From contig NC_072740.1 of the NCBI RefSeq assembly GCF_026930045.1, positions 29,684,384 through 29,748,383 of the forward strand: a stretch of 64,000 nt of DNA, given 5' to 3'. The notes beneath the pieces are model-generated. The model saw nothing but the letters and a program-made list of their open reading frames with translations, searched no databases and was not told where the DNA came from. This document shows positions 62,013 to 64,000 of this stretch, in pieces; within the stretch, counting starts at the first letter, position 1; each line of letters starts with the position of its first letter. Both the position numbers and the translations under genes were made by a program. Source of the DNA: Uloborus diversus. Lineage: Eukaryota.

Positions 62013-64000
62013 TCGCATAACTCAAGAACGGTATGTTCTAGAAAGTTGAAATTTGGTACATCGACTTCAAGTGGGGTCTAGTTGTGCACCTTCTCTTTTG
62101 GATGCATTCAGATGTTCCAAAGAGGTTTTTTTACACTTTTTTGAGGTAAAATCACTGTTAAATTCAATGTAAACTGAAGCGGTGCTATAATTTGGCAAAC
62201 ACTTGGCAATATGCCGCCAAGCTTTTAGTCGCCAAGTTTTGTCGCCAACTTGGAGATGAATTTGGCGGGTTTTTTTTTTTTTTAAATTTTTAAATCTGGT
62301 TTCAATTTGGCCATATTTAGAGAGTTAACCATTGAATCACATTAAAACTGCCAATATTGCGAAAATTTATCTGTATAAAACGTTTTCTTTGCTTCGGTTC
62401 GCAACAAACATGGGGTGAAAATATTTAAAGTGTTTCTTTGCTCACACCGAGGTTTTAAATTGGAGTAAAAGGAAGTCATGTGATGCACACATCAGCTCGT
62501 TTTTGTGTATTTTCCAAAAATAATTGAGTTTATCTAGCATGACCATTATTACTTTTAGTATGAACATAACTAAGCGAGTGTGACCATAACCGGTCAAACC
62601 AGTGTATTCAATTTATGTCAAAATATATACATAAATCATACTTGAAAATTAATGAAAATTTCCCCATCTACAAAAATGCAATTTCTAAGTTATAACAATG
62701 TGAGCATTAGTTTTGTCATGAACTCGAAGGGCAACATCACAGTTCAACAACAATGCAAATTAAAAAATTAAAAAAAAAAAAAACGATAAAACCTTATCCA
62801 TGCTCATAACTCGTCATTGGCCCTACAAAAAGTTAAAACAAATTTAAAATAACATCTTTAAAAAAGTAACATTCATCAAATTTATTAAGAATGATACAGG
62901 AGACACCGGTTAATTTAATCAGTAGTTAATTGAATCATCCGCTTTAATGAATCAAAGTCAAAAACAGAACAAAATCCAGTTTTATTGAACTAGCCGCTTA
63001 ACTGAATCAGTCGCTTAAAAGAATCAAAATTGTTTAGATTAAGCGTGATTCATATAAGCGAAATGTACTCCAAAAAAAAACCGGCCACTGTATACTAATT
63101 TATTCATTTCTTGCTTATTTTATAGGGTGCGGCACAAAAATTCGGACAAAGTTTGCATCATCGAATGGAAGTAAACTAATTTCTTTTTAATGAGTGTCTT
63201 TATTCATTTTTGTCTCTCACTTTATTAGAAAATAATTTAAAATATATTTCCTAGTTTATACTTTTTTTTCGGTGTCTTACAATTTTAAATAAAAGACCTG
63301 CTGTTTCAAAAGTGTCTAACCAAGGAGAACGACAGTTCGTTTGCTTGTTGTGCCTCGGCAAACAGTATTGATGCAATATGCCGTTTCAAGTAGCTTGGAA
63401 ATGATAGTCGACGTCCAGGATGTGTACAAAAATGAAAAATGAACATTTCCGTTAATCGTCAGACCATCCAAAAGAGAGTTCAATGAAATCCTTGAGTTTC
63501 CACTAGAGAAGTCGTTCGAGAGACGGGAATTTGTGACCGATAAGTGCGACTAAGGGCAAAAACAGAGCTCGGACAGAAGTTTTACGAGTTCCAAAATGTT
63601 CAGCCTCTTGCTGAAGAAAAAAATTCGTATGACTCCAAAGATGGCAGAAACGTTTGAGACGGGCTGTAAGTCCGCGCTGGAAGAGATACCTTTCACTGAT
63701 TTATCGTTCAACCAACTCATAAGCTGGTTAAGTTTCTTAAGGAACATTTAACTTACTTTTGTATTAGAAAATTCTTTATATTTTGCTTGGTTAAAAAGTA
63801 AACACATGGAGATTATGATTTTTTAAATGAAACAAATGCAAATCTTTTGTCATGATCTTTTGAGGAGGTCTTCTCAAAATACCCTAATTGTGACGGACTG
63901 TTGCGGAAAGATTTTCTATAGAATACTGTCAATTACTTTGGCTTTGTTTACATTTGAACGGACTGTATAAGGATGGTCATTTCTTTTGTTTTCCTTGTCT

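Noticed and set aside
63340-63750. Several medium-length ORF fragments, for example '...SKRELNEILEFPLEKSFERRELVTDKCD*GQKQSSDRSFTSSKMFSLLLKKKIRMTPKMAETFETGCKSALEEIPFTDL', which could be a decayed HTH-type transposase N-terminus.
   Set aside because: I could not align it convincingly to the mariner, Tc1 or pogo N-termini from memory. It is interrupted by stops and there are no TIRs nearby. It is left unannotated; a profile search with Pfam HTH_Tnp families would settle it.
1-64000. I looked for prokaryotic-style features: operons, a CRISPR array or a defense island.
   Set aside because: The sequence is clearly eukaryotic: Tc1, mariner, copia and LINE elements, microsatellites, poly-A-tailed retroposons and tRNA-derived pseudogenes. 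There are no long ORF arrays and no CRISPR-like spacer-repeat periodicity.

Overview
This 64-kb window is AT-rich eukaryotic DNA, probably from an invertebrate animal, and almost all recognisable content is transposable-element derived or repetitive. I found no convincing host protein-coding gene, no prokaryotic-style operon or defense system, and no CRISPR array.

Recognisable elements:
- A young Tc1-like (DD34E) DNA transposon (56308-57745) with long TIRs and a stop- and frameshift-disrupted transposase. An older Tc1 N-terminal remnant lies immediately upstream (55800-56090).
- An internally deleted mariner element (27022-28569, TA-flanked) that keeps the N-terminal HTH and the C-terminal tail but has lost the catalytic core. 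It sits inside a 40-bp palindromic arm pair whose GTCCCGCACGTGACG core recurs twice more downstream.
- A 5'-truncated LINE reverse-transcriptase fragment (59425-60950).
- A deleted, fragmented Ty1/copia pol remnant (about 32700-34545).
- Several non-autonomous TIR elements:
  - an hAT-like MITE with a perfect 8-bp TSD (7839-8380);
  - a roughly 610-650 bp MITE family in two copies (11646-12256 and 18548-19199);
  - a foldback element with 185-bp arms lying beside a (TA)30 run (5718-6264);
  - smaller candidates at 25216-25960, 42171-42386 and 6795-7140.
- A 2.5-3.2 kb dispersed duplication (227-2752 and 48636-51795). The second copy carries a roughly 765-bp insertion with a T45 (poly-A) tail.
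- tRNA-Gly(CCC)-like and tRNA-like pseudogene or SINE heads (47014-47085 and 44860-44935, both minus strand).
- Mini- and microsatellites: a GT-rich block, (TA)30, a 65-bp x4 minisatellite, a roughly 77-bp x8 satellite array and a 52-bp x3 repeat.

Other structure worth a look:
- A perfect 125-bp-arm inverted repeat (46176-46608), a hairpin-RNA or foldback candidate.
- A cluster of eight or more copies of the 14-17-mer (AAT)GTTACGTTAGTCAC in both orientations (43202-44801).
- A dozen G10-G19 or C11-C13 homopolymer tracts, mostly inside TE remnants. The tract at 2700 and its counterpart at 51757 differ in length between the two copies of the duplication.

Overall the window looks like a gene-poor TE graveyard, possibly heterochromatic or piRNA-cluster-like.
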